Source: Patescibacteria group bacterium UBA924 (GTDB lineage Bacteria; Patescibacteriota; Microgenomatia; UBA1400; PJMF01). From it: a stretch of 64,000 nt of DNA. A program made the translations under genes and the position numbers. Shown piece by piece: positions 29,864 to 37,533 of this stretch. The stretch is taken from NCBI GenBank assembly GCA_002293725.1, contig DBDU01000023.1, forward strand, positions 2,700-66,699, read 5' to 3'. Under the pieces are notes generated by a model. It saw only the letters and a program-made list of their open reading frames with translations. It was not told where the DNA came from and made no database searches. Numbering within the stretch: the first letter of the stretch is position 1; each line of letters opens with the position of its first letter.

Positions 29864-30436
29864 ATGCTTATCTATTTTTGCGCTACCACTTCCCAATCTC
29901 AGACTTACCAACAGAGTTATCTAGAAATTATTCAAACGATTGAAAAGCTTGGTCATAAAGTTGTCTACGAACCAACCGAAGAAAATACGCGTCAGCAACA
30001 ACAGACGATGAGTCCTACAGAGCGGCAAGCGTACTATCGCAAGTTTCTCCAACATATCAATAAATGTGACATGGTTATTGCGGAAGTTTCTTATCCGTCT
30101 TCGATTAACATTGGCTATCGCATCTCAATTGCTTTAGAGAAAAACAAACCGGTCTTGGCTCTGCATGCTAAAGACAAAGCCTCTCCCTTTTTAGATGGAA
30201 ATATCTCTGATCGTTTTCTGTACGAAGAGTACTCTCCTTCTACTTTGAAAAAGACGATTGAGCGAGCGCTGAACTTTGCCGAACAACACACCGATGCGCG
30301 TTTTAACTTTTTTATCTCACCTCGTCACATCAACTTCCTGGACTTTATCTCGCGTAAACGGAAGATTCCAAAGTCCGTTTACCTACGAGAACTGATTGAG
30401 CGCGATAAGTTGGCAAATCACGATTACAACGAGTAA
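29864..30436 (+). CDS. Second NDT-like plus ribbon-helix-helix protein (paralogue)
   Basis: IYFCA, CDMVIAEVSYPSSINIGY, KPVLAL; RFNFFIS..FLDFIS..PKSVYLRELI. Confidence 0.75.
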   Translation: MLIYFCATTSQSQTYQQSYLEIIQTIEKLGHKVVYEPTEENTRQQQQTMSPTERQAYYRKFLQHINKCDMVIAEVSYPSSINIGYRISIALEKNKPVLALHAKDKASPFLDGNISDRFLYEEYSPSTLKKTIERALNFAEQHTDARFNFFISPRHINFLDFISRKRKIPKSVYLRELIERDKLANHDYNE

Positions 30437-30490
30437 TTGCATTTCCTCACAACTTTCTTCTATACTGTGTGCATCTACCTCTGAGTACTT

Positions 30491-31303
30491 GTGTCTTCGG
30501 AGGACACAGCAATGCAACTCATGCAACATACTCGTTCACAGTCTGGTCAAGTCGGCATCATTATTATCTTGATTATGGTGGTGTTGCTGACCTTCGGTCT
30601 CTCAATTGCGTCACGCTCTACTCGGGAAGTTGCGCTGTCTCAACAAGAAGAAGAGTCCAACCGTGTCTTTAACGCCGCTGAAGCCGGTGTTGAGCGTGCT
30701 TTAGCAACTGACCTGGACTTTGAAGGTGAGGAGTTTGATTCAGAAGGGACGATTATTCCTGGAACGGACTCCAGTTTAGACTACAACATCCGTAAAAATC
30801 GTATTCTTGAAACGCGCTTAATTGAAGGTACGACTGCCATGGTGCAGATGCAAGATATTGATAACGCGCTACCGACAAATGTCTACATCGATTGGTCTCG
30901 AGAAACAGACTGTGGGACAGGTAAAGGACCAGCCAGCTTGATCGTCTCAATTTACAACACCGCAGTGAGTACTGGCTCAGCCGTTCGTCACTATGCCTAT
31001 GCAGCCTGTGATCGCAATGATGATATTGCTGTGGGCGGAAATGGGTCTAATGGTTACTTTAAAAGAGCAACTATCGCCACTACGCCAGGTGATGAGTTTA
31101 TGCGAGTCAAGACGGTCTACAATGACACCTTCTTGCGGGTAAGTGCATCAAGTACTTTACCCACGCAAGCGTATGATATTCGCTCCGAAGCAACCAGTAA
31201 CTTGGGAAATGAGGCCCGTACCGTTGAAGTGAAACGCACACTCTCTGTCGCTCCATCAGTGATGGACTTTGCACTCTTCAGTGGTACCTCATTAACGAAG
31301 TAA
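30491..31303 (+). CDS. PilX-like minor pilin
   Basis: SG|QVGIII lacking Glu5, VFNAAEAGVERAL; start may be ATG 30512 or 30521. Confidence 0.85.
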   Translation: MSSEDTAMQLMQHTRSQSGQVGIIIILIMVVLLTFGLSIASRSTREVALSQQEEESNRVFNAAEAGVERALATDLDFEGEEFDSEGTIIPGTDSSLDYNIRKNRILETRLIEGTTAMVQMQDIDNALPTNVYIDWSRETDCGTGKGPASLIVSIYNTAVSTGSAVRHYAYAACDRNDDIAVGGNGSNGYFKRATIATTPGDEFMRVKTVYNDTFLRVSASSTLPTQAYDIRSEATSNLGNEARTVEVKRTLSVAPSVMDFALFSGTSLTK

Positions 31304-31327
31304 TCGGCACACGTAACAGAAAAGGAC

Positions 31328-32347
31328 TTGCCCATGCCAACATCTGTCAGTATCGACGTCGGCTCATACACAATTAAAGCCATTCAAGCTAAAAAGCTCA
31401 AACCGTTAACAATCGATCGGACTGTTGAGGTCTTTAATCCGGTGGGAACCGCTATGCCAACGGATGACGTGGCAGTAGAAAAGCTCTCCAAAGTCATCGA
31501 CACCATGTTTACCGACCACAGCTTGGGTCGTACTGATGTCCGTCTCTCTCTTCCAGAGCACGTTGTCTCTACCAAAATCATCTCGATTCCGGTCTTGAAC
31601 GACGCCGAGTTGGCTTCGGCCATTAACTGGCAAGCTGAACAGCACATTCCTATCCCATTGGATGAGCTATCGTTGGAATACCAAGTTTTGAATCGGCCCC
31701 AAAATCGTAATGATAAAAATGCTCAAATGCGGGTGCTGTTAGTAGGCGTGCGCAAGCAAGTTATTGATAAGTACTTAGATGTGTTTTTGCGCATTGGTAT
31801 CGAGCCTTCTCTCTTAGAGACGAACGTCTTATCAGTCTTTAGGGCTATGCAGCCCAAACAAGATGATCCTACTACCTTAGTGGTTCATATGGGTGCGGCC
31901 ACCACGGACATGTTTGTCGTTCACGAAGGTGAGCTTCGCTTTGTCTATACGTATGGCAGTGGTGGACAAGTTTTAAGTCGAACAATTGAGCAAGCCATTC
32001 AACTCGACTCAAAGCAAGCCGAACAGTACAAACGGACCTACGGTATTGATCCTAATCAATTGGGCGGCAAGATTCGCGAAGTACTGCTGCCGATCCTGCG
32101 TTTAACTACTCTGGAAATGCAGAAAACCATGCAGTTCTTTGTCACTTTAGCTCCTGGTGAGACAGTTAAACGGGTACTTCTCTCTGGTGGTGCTTCTCAA
32201 CTTCCTGGCTACGTACAGTACGTGACTGAGCAGCTTGGCGTCGAAGTGCTGATGTCCTCTCCATTCAATGCAGTCAGTGGCGAGATTCCTGCGAATAACC
32301 AAGCTGCCTTCTCTGTCTGTACTGGACTGTTGATGAGAGAGTTATGA
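31328..32347 (+). CDS. pilM: Type IV pilus assembly protein PilM
   Basis: IDVGSYTIK actin-like fold, QAEQHIP, LSGGASQLPG. Confidence 0.92.
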   Translation: MPMPTSVSIDVGSYTIKAIQAKKLKPLTIDRTVEVFNPVGTAMPTDDVAVEKLSKVIDTMFTDHSLGRTDVRLSLPEHVVSTKIISIPVLNDAELASAINWQAEQHIPIPLDELSLEYQVLNRPQNRNDKNAQMRVLLVGVRKQVIDKYLDVFLRIGIEPSLLETNVLSVFRAMQPKQDDPTTLVVHMGAATTDMFVVHEGELRFVYTYGSGGQVLSRTIEQAIQLDSKQAEQYKRTYGIDPNQLGGKIREVLLPILRLTTLEMQKTMQFFVTLAPGETVKRVLLSGGASQLPGYVQYVTEQLGVEVLMSSPFNAVSGEIPANNQAAFSVCTGLLMREL

Positions 32348-33108
32348 GCCGACAAATTAACTTTCTAGCTGAACGGCGCAAAAGCCTGACTAAGGTTGAG
32401 GTTCAAGATCGAAAAATAATTCGAATCGCCTCGATCATTTTTGGTTCAGTTTTTGCGGTCTTTCTGATTGTCTTTGGTATTCGTTTTTACTTTGACCGTC
32501 AGCTGTTCCAGGTGCGTGAAGCACAACGAGTTGCTCGTGCTCAAATTTTGAATGATCAGTCCATTGAGCGTTCCTTTGTCATTTTTGTCTACAAGTTAAC
32601 CGCCTTGGCAAACTTGACTCAAGATAAGCAAGAAAAAAACGAAGCTTTGAACTTCTTTAGCAATCTGTTTGGACCCGACGTGTTTGTCACCCAAATGACT
32701 TTCTTAGAGAAAGAAAAAATCCTCTCGCTGAAGATTCAGTCAGATAGCGTCTTTAGCTTGCGGGAGATCTTTTCGCTGATGAATACCGAGCCGGTCCGGG
32801 AGCAGTTTGTCTCTGTGAATCCGAGTGACTTAACTCGTACTCCCCAAGGTAACTACGAGATGGTGATTACGGCGGTCGTAAAAGCCAAGCCAATTGGCGA
32901 GTCTGGTATGCCAGCGGCGCCAGCTGTTCCAAACCTCGATACATCAGATACTTTTGAGGAAAACACGCAAACCTTTGAAGAAACACCCGTAGAGAGCGAG
33001 GCACCGGTAACAGAGACATCTCAAGGTGGTCAAGTCCAGACAACAAACTCTCAGGAGGGAGCGACGCCAGCGCAGCTCGCTTCACCAGTACCACCGCCAC
33101 AACCATAA
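32344..33108 (+). CDS. PilN-like protein
   Basis: N-terminal INFL motif, single TM, follows pilM. Confidence 0.75.
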   Translation: MSRQINFLAERRKSLTKVEVQDRKIIRIASIIFGSVFAVFLIVFGIRFYFDRQLFQVREAQRVARAQILNDQSIERSFVIFVYKLTALANLTQDKQEKNEALNFFSNLFGPDVFVTQMTFLEKEKILSLKIQSDSVFSLREIFSLMNTEPVREQFVSVNPSDLTRTPQGNYEMVITAVVKAKPIGESGMPAAPAVPNLDTSDTFEENTQTFEETPVESEAPVTETSQGGQVQTTNSQEGATPAQLASPVPPPQP

Positions 33109-33112
33109 AACT

Positions 33113-33970
33113 ATGAACTTAAATACCGATATCATTGCCCAGCTCAAACAACTCAACTACCGACGGTTGATCTACGTTCGACGGTACTTGATCATCTCCG
33201 TGGTCATGATCATTGTCGCCGTCTGTATTGCCTTATTTGCCATCCTACCCCAGGTAGAACAGATACTATCTACCCGCGGCATGATTAACACGGAAAACAC
33301 GACTTTACAGAACTTGCGTCGGAAGATTCAAGGTTTAGCTCAAGTAAATGACTTAGAAGAGTACGCCAATCGTGACAAAGTTGACCAGGCGCTACCCTTT
33401 CAGAAACCTTTATTACCAGTTTTGGAAACAGCTCGCCGAGTCTCACTCCAGACAAACGCCCGGATTATCAATATTGAGACTACACCCGGACGTTTGGCGA
33501 GTATTAGCGCTCAGCAAGCGGCTACCGCACAGGGTGTCAATGCCTCTGGTGCCGCCCAAGCAGTTTCCACTCAAGTAACAGCCCAGCGCTATGACCTTCC
33601 GGTCGATACCGTTCACGGCGTGGATAAGATGGACATTGAAGTCACCATTCAAGGTACACTCCAGCAGATCAGTAACTACATCAGCGGAATTGAGTCTTCT
33701 ACCCCAATTACCAGCGTGACAGAGATTCGACTCAGTGATTTAGCTCGACCAGTGAATGCTCCCCCAGAGTTTACCGCCAACCTCCGTCTGTCTTCGTACT
33801 ACTTTACGCGGGCTATTGAAGTTGCCATTGATGCACCTCTTCCTGAGACTGGAGCTCGAGAACGCGCTTTCCTGCAACAACTTGAAAACTACACTATCGG
33901 TGCAACCAATGCACAGAGCGCGACCGTTGAAGGTGGTGGCCAGGTGGATCTATTTGGGATTCCGAGGTAG
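33113..33970 (+). CDS. PilO-like protein
   Basis: Single TM, coiled coil, ALP motif, follows pilN; ATG 33113 preferred over track 33026. Confidence 0.7.
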   Translation: MNLNTDIIAQLKQLNYRRLIYVRRYLIISVVMIIVAVCIALFAILPQVEQILSTRGMINTENTTLQNLRRKIQGLAQVNDLEEYANRDKVDQALPFQKPLLPVLETARRVSLQTNARIINIETTPGRLASISAQQAATAQGVNASGAAQAVSTQVTAQRYDLPVDTVHGVDKMDIEVTIQGTLQQISNYISGIESSTPITSVTEIRLSDLARPVNAPPEFTANLRLSSYYFTRAIEVAIDAPLPETGARERAFLQQLENYTIGATNAQSATVEGGGQVDLFGIPR

Positions 33971-33976
33971 GTCACC

Positions 33977-34000
33977 AAAAACCCCGCCTTGCGGCGGGGT
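33977..34000 (-). terminator. Intrinsic terminator for rpsP-khpA (possibly bidirectional)
   Basis: ACCCCGCC-GCAA-GGCGGGGT-TTTT on the minus strand. Confidence 0.75.
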
Positions 34001-34040
34001 CTCACTTCGTTTTAAGTCATGCGCTCTTCGCGCTTCCCTC

Positions 34041-34280
34041 TTACTCTCCATCCTCAGCTAACGTCACATGAGCGCGGATCTGTTCTTTGACAGCGCGGAC
34101 TTTCGCTAAGTTGCGGATGGACTGGATAACGCGACCGTTTTTGCCGATCACGCGACCCATATCTTCAGGATGCACGTGCAAGACGTAGGTCATGCCTTCG
34201 GCATCTTCCACTTCTTCGACGCGAACGTCTTCTGGATGGTCAACTAAGTGATTGAGGATGAACTCAAGCAGATTTTTCAT
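34041..34280 (-). CDS. khpA: KH-domain RNA-binding protein KhpA/YlqC
   Basis: LVDHPEDV, DMGRVIGKNGR; downstream of rpsP. Confidence 0.92.
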   Translation of the reverse strand: MKNLLEFILNHLVDHPEDVRVEEVEDAEGMTYVLHVHPEDMGRVIGKNGRVIQSIRNLAKVRAVKEQIRAHVTLAEDGE

Positions 34281-34300
34281 CGAGAACCTCGTCAATAAAT

Positions 34301-34729
34301 TTAGGCAGTTTGGGTGGTTTCAGTTTCGGCAGCAGCATCAGCAGCTGGGGTTTCGGCCACAGGAGCTTCTTCGGCTGGCTTCTCAGCTGCGGCTTTGGCG
34401 GCCTCAGCTTCTTGAGCTTTTGCTTCTGCCTCGGCAGCTGCCTTGGCTTTAGCTTTCTTGGATGGTTTGGCTTTTTTCTCTGGGAATGGATTACCGGACT
34501 CAAGGCGAGCAATTAAAGCAGCGACGGTCTCTGTTGGCTGAGCACCTTTGCGTTTCCAGTCTGCTAACTTAATCATGTCAATCTCGAGAACTTTTGGAGT
34601 CATTGTGGGAGCGTAGTGACCGATTGCGTCGACGTAGGCGCCATCGCGTTTGTCTCTAGCTTCATTAATCACAATACGATAATGGGGTTGTTTCTTTTTA
34701 CCGAATCGAGCGAGTTTGATTTTTAGCAT
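34301..34729 (-). CDS. rpsP: 30S ribosomal protein S16 with Ala/Glu-rich tail
   Basis: MLKIKLARFGKKKQPHYRIV..RDG..GAQPTETV; start 34729. Confidence 0.95.
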   Translation of the reverse strand: MLKIKLARFGKKKQPHYRIVINEARDKRDGAYVDAIGHYAPTMTPKVLEIDMIKLADWKRKGAQPTETVAALIARLESGNPFPEKKAKPSKKAKAKAAAEAEAKAQEAEAAKAAAEKPAEEAPVAETPAADAAAETETTQTA

Positions 34730-34760
34730 GGGCGGATTATACCGCTGAATCTCAACTTTC

Positions 34761-35528
34761 TCAAGTGTTACTCGAGTGTTTGGCTGGTTTTTGGGCAACG
34801 ACCTGGAGATCACTAAACCCAAATAGCCTTCCGGACAGTTGATCAAGCCAGTGAAAGGCTGGAATCAAGGGGCCGCGGATAAAACGAATCAGCACACCAA
34901 GCTTAGTGGTGAACAACAAATTGCGCAGCGGTCCTTCAACTTGATGGATACTGATAACTTGGAATCCGGCAGAGGTCAACATATGGCGAATCGTATCCGG
35001 TGTGTAACGACGAAGATGACCCACTTCTTGATCAAAACGCGTATAAAAACCAACTTTATACAACACATTATTCAAGGAAGGTGTTGTTAAGAGTAGGGTT
35101 CCACCCGGCTGGAGGTGACTATAAAGCTGCCGGGCAAATGTCTGCTCATCTGGAATATGCTCGATCACCTCACAGCAGGTAATCAAGTTGTACTGTCCTT
35201 TTCCTTTTTGTAACTCGCCTAACTCAAAACGAAGTTGCGGGAAGCGTAATGCTTTTTGTGCTTCCTGAGCAATCTCAACTGCTCGAGAAGAGATATCAAT
35301 TCCTTTTACCGTTGCTCCTTTACTCGCCAAGAACAAACTGATCGTTCCCACTCCGCAACCAACATCAAGGATTTTGAGAGTTGAGAAACCTTGTGGGAAA
35401 GCGCTGTGCAGTCGTTTGAGGATGTACCAGTAGGTAAAGTTCGGTTCTTTGATAACACTAAAAAAGCGTTGGTTCTTCTGGTGATATCGATTATAGAAAG
35501 TGGTTACCGTGGCGCGGGACTTAGCCAT
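34761..35528 (-). CDS. Class I SAM-dependent methyltransferase
   Basis: ILDVGCGVG, CEVIEHI, LQPGG. Confidence 0.9.
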   Translation of the reverse strand: MAKSRATVTTFYNRYHQKNQRFFSVIKEPNFTYWYILKRLHSAFPQGFSTLKILDVGCGVGTISLFLASKGATVKGIDISSRAVEIAQEAQKALRFPQLRFELGELQKGKGQYNLITCCEVIEHIPDEQTFARQLYSHLQPGGTLLLTTPSLNNVLYKVGFYTRFDQEVGHLRRYTPDTIRHMLTSAGFQVISIHQVEGPLRNLLFTTKLGVLIRFIRGPLIPAFHWLDQLSGRLFGFSDLQVVAQKPAKHSSNT

Positions 35529-35531
35529 GGT

Positions 35532-36218
35532 TTATTTTTTTCTGAGTAAGCTCTCGAGCAGTGCTTCATCTTCCAGTACGGCTTGTGCAGCGGCTTCTTG
35601 AGCTAACTGCTTACTCTTGCCGATTCCGGTAGCAGCATCTTGGCCGTTAATTACTGCTTTGACTGTGAACTGACGATCGTGGTCAGGTCCACTCTCCCCA
35701 ACGACCACGTAGTCGGGAGCGGTAATACCTTTGGCTTGCAGAACTTCTTGGAGTTGGCTCTTTGAGTGCTTGTAGAGTCGTTTTTTAAGGATGTTGTCCA
35801 TCATTGGGAACAGTAGCTCATTGAGTAACTCGCGAACGGCTTCAATGCCTTGGTCGAGGTACAACGCACCGAGCAAGGCTTCAAAAGCATTGGCCAGCAG
35901 GCCAGTATTTTGACGACCTTTGGAGCTCTCTTCCCCTTTACTCATGTACAGCTTCTCACCGAGTTGTAGTTTCTGGGCCACTTCGGCTAAAGTAGTTGTC
36001 TTGACTAGGGCACTTCGGTAGACCGTTAACATTCCTTCTTGCTCAGTCGGAAAACGCTCGTACAAAAAGTCGGTAGCAACGAGCTCTAAGACGGCATCGC
36101 CCAAAAACTCTAACCGTTCGTTTGACTCGGTAGAAGTAGAGATATGCTCATTCAGCGCACTGCGGTGTGTGAGGGCGGTAGTTAATAAATCTGGATTCTT
36201 AAAGGTTGGAAAAGTCAT
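35532..36218 (-). CDS. rnc: Ribonuclease III
   Basis: ALTHRS, NERLEFLGDAVL, dsRBD with GPDH. Confidence 0.97.
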   Translation of the reverse strand: MTFPTFKNPDLLTTALTHRSALNEHISTSTESNERLEFLGDAVLELVATDFLYERFPTEQEGMLTVYRSALVKTTTLAEVAQKLQLGEKLYMSKGEESSKGRQNTGLLANAFEALLGALYLDQGIEAVRELLNELLFPMMDNILKKRLYKHSKSQLQEVLQAKGITAPDYVVVGESGPDHDRQFTVKAVINGQDAATGIGKSKQLAQEAAAQAVLEDEALLESLLRKK

Positions 36219-36224
36219 ACGACT

Positions 36225-36515
36225 TTACATATCAGAGAACTCTTTTTCCTCTTCAATCAAGCTGACCAGCTCAGCTACGGTGACACAGTCACGTAGCGTG
36301 TGCATATCAAGTTGAACATCAGCAAAACGCTTTTGTAACATCATCAGGATCTTCTCATGATGAGGAGTGCCCATAATGTCCAAGTCGTCTTCATCAAAAC
36401 TCGTATCTTGGGTAATTTCTTCAGGTTCGTACGTTAACACTTCCGCTACTACGTCACGTACCACTGGAAAGATAAGGCCCTTTTCTTCTGGAACCTGGCC
36501 GTTAAGGTTCTTCAT
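36225..36515 (-). CDS. Acyl carrier protein-like protein lacking the DSL serine
   Basis: Acidic 96 aa, EEITQDTSF..DL, TVAELVSLI; between nusB and rnc. Confidence 0.65.
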   Translation of the reverse strand: MKNLNGQVPEEKGLIFPVVRDVVAEVLTYEPEEITQDTSFDEDDLDIMGTPHHEKILMMLQKRFADVQLDMHTLRDCVTVAELVSLIEEEKEFSDM

Positions 36516-36542
36516 AACGTTCCTCCACTCAATGTACTGCTC

Positions 36543-36962
36543 TTACTTGAAAAGATGAGCTAAGACACCGTTTACAAATTTTGGCGAACTCTCGGTGCCA
36601 AACTCTTTGGCTAACTCTACCGCTTCGTCGATTAAAACTTTCTTCGGGGTTCGCTTTGTTTTCCATTCAAACACAATGCTGCGAAGAATCGCAAGATCCA
36701 CTTTGTTAATGTCTGATAATGGTCGTTCGTTGGCGAGTCCCTGAATTTCCTGATCTATCGTCGGAAGTTCAGTGATGAGGTCTTTAAGATCCGAGTATGC
36801 TTGGAGAAATGCGTCTTTCTGGGCGTCCGTATCGTAGAACGAAAACGCAAAAACCGCCTGCATCACTTGTATTCGGCGAAGGTGGCGGGGGTCTACAGAT
36901 TGGTCGATTTCTTCAAACTCTGTATCTTCGGTGGTCTGATTTAACTCATCAGTGTCAGTCAC
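36543..36962 (-). CDS. nusB: Transcription antitermination factor NusB
   Basis: VDLAILR, IDEAVELAKEFG, KFVNGVL. Confidence 0.93.
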   Translation of the reverse strand: MTDTDELNQTTEDTEFEEIDQSVDPRHLRRIQVMQAVFAFSFYDTDAQKDAFLQAYSDLKDLITELPTIDQEIQGLANERPLSDINKVDLAILRSIVFEWKTKRTPKKVLIDEAVELAKEFGTESSPKFVNGVLAHLFK

Positions 36963-37013
36963 ACCCGTATCCTAACCGCTTTTACAAGTGATGCAAGGGG
37001 GAAGGAAATCTAA

Positions 37014-37370
37014 TTACTTAGATTTCTTTTTAGCTACTTTTTTAACTGTCTTCTTGACTGCTTTTTTAGCAGCAGTGGCTTTCTTCACCACTTTCTTGAC
37101 AGCCTTCTTCACAGCCTTTTTGGCCGTTTTCTTGGCAGGCATTGTTTCTCCTTCTGCTGACTTAGCAGCAACTTTTACTGTTTTCTGGACGGCTTTTTTG
37201 GCAGGTTTGGTGACCGCTCCGGCTACAGCTTTGGTGAAACGCTCAAACAGACCTTTTTTGTGAGAAGGAACGCTTGAGTGGGCTTTGTTCTTGGCTAATT
37301 TTGGGGTGTTACCAGCGCGACGCTTACCTTGTTCAACGCGGGTAATTTTATTTTTTGGATGTGCTCCCAT
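37014..37370 (-). CDS. rpmF: 50S ribosomal protein L32 (Cys-free) with Lys/Ala/Val-rich tail
   Basis: MGAHPKNKITR..GKRRA resembles MAVPKxKxS..RR; rpmF-nusB-acp-rnc context. Confidence 0.65.
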   Translation of the reverse strand: MGAHPKNKITRVEQGKRRAGNTPKLAKNKAHSSVPSHKKGLFERFTKAVAGAVTKPAKKAVQKTVKVAAKSAEGETMPAKKTAKKAVKKAVKKVVKKATAAKKAVKKTVKKVAKKKSK

Positions 37371-37533
37371 ACTTTTCCTTTATGTGTATGTTGAAGTTGA
37401 TTGTAATTTTTTACAAGTCCCTATTCGATTTTTCTCAAGTAAAAACTACCGTCAGACCACAATATTTGTACACTCTTTATTGTAGACATTGTACACAAAA
37501 AAAACAATTCACTTTTTCGAGGTGTAAGAAGAC

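Noticed and set aside
20634-30490. Recombinase-driven shufflon or invertible switch
   Set aside because: No matching inverted repeats visible at the junctions and no recombinase in the window; kept only as a possible old inversion.
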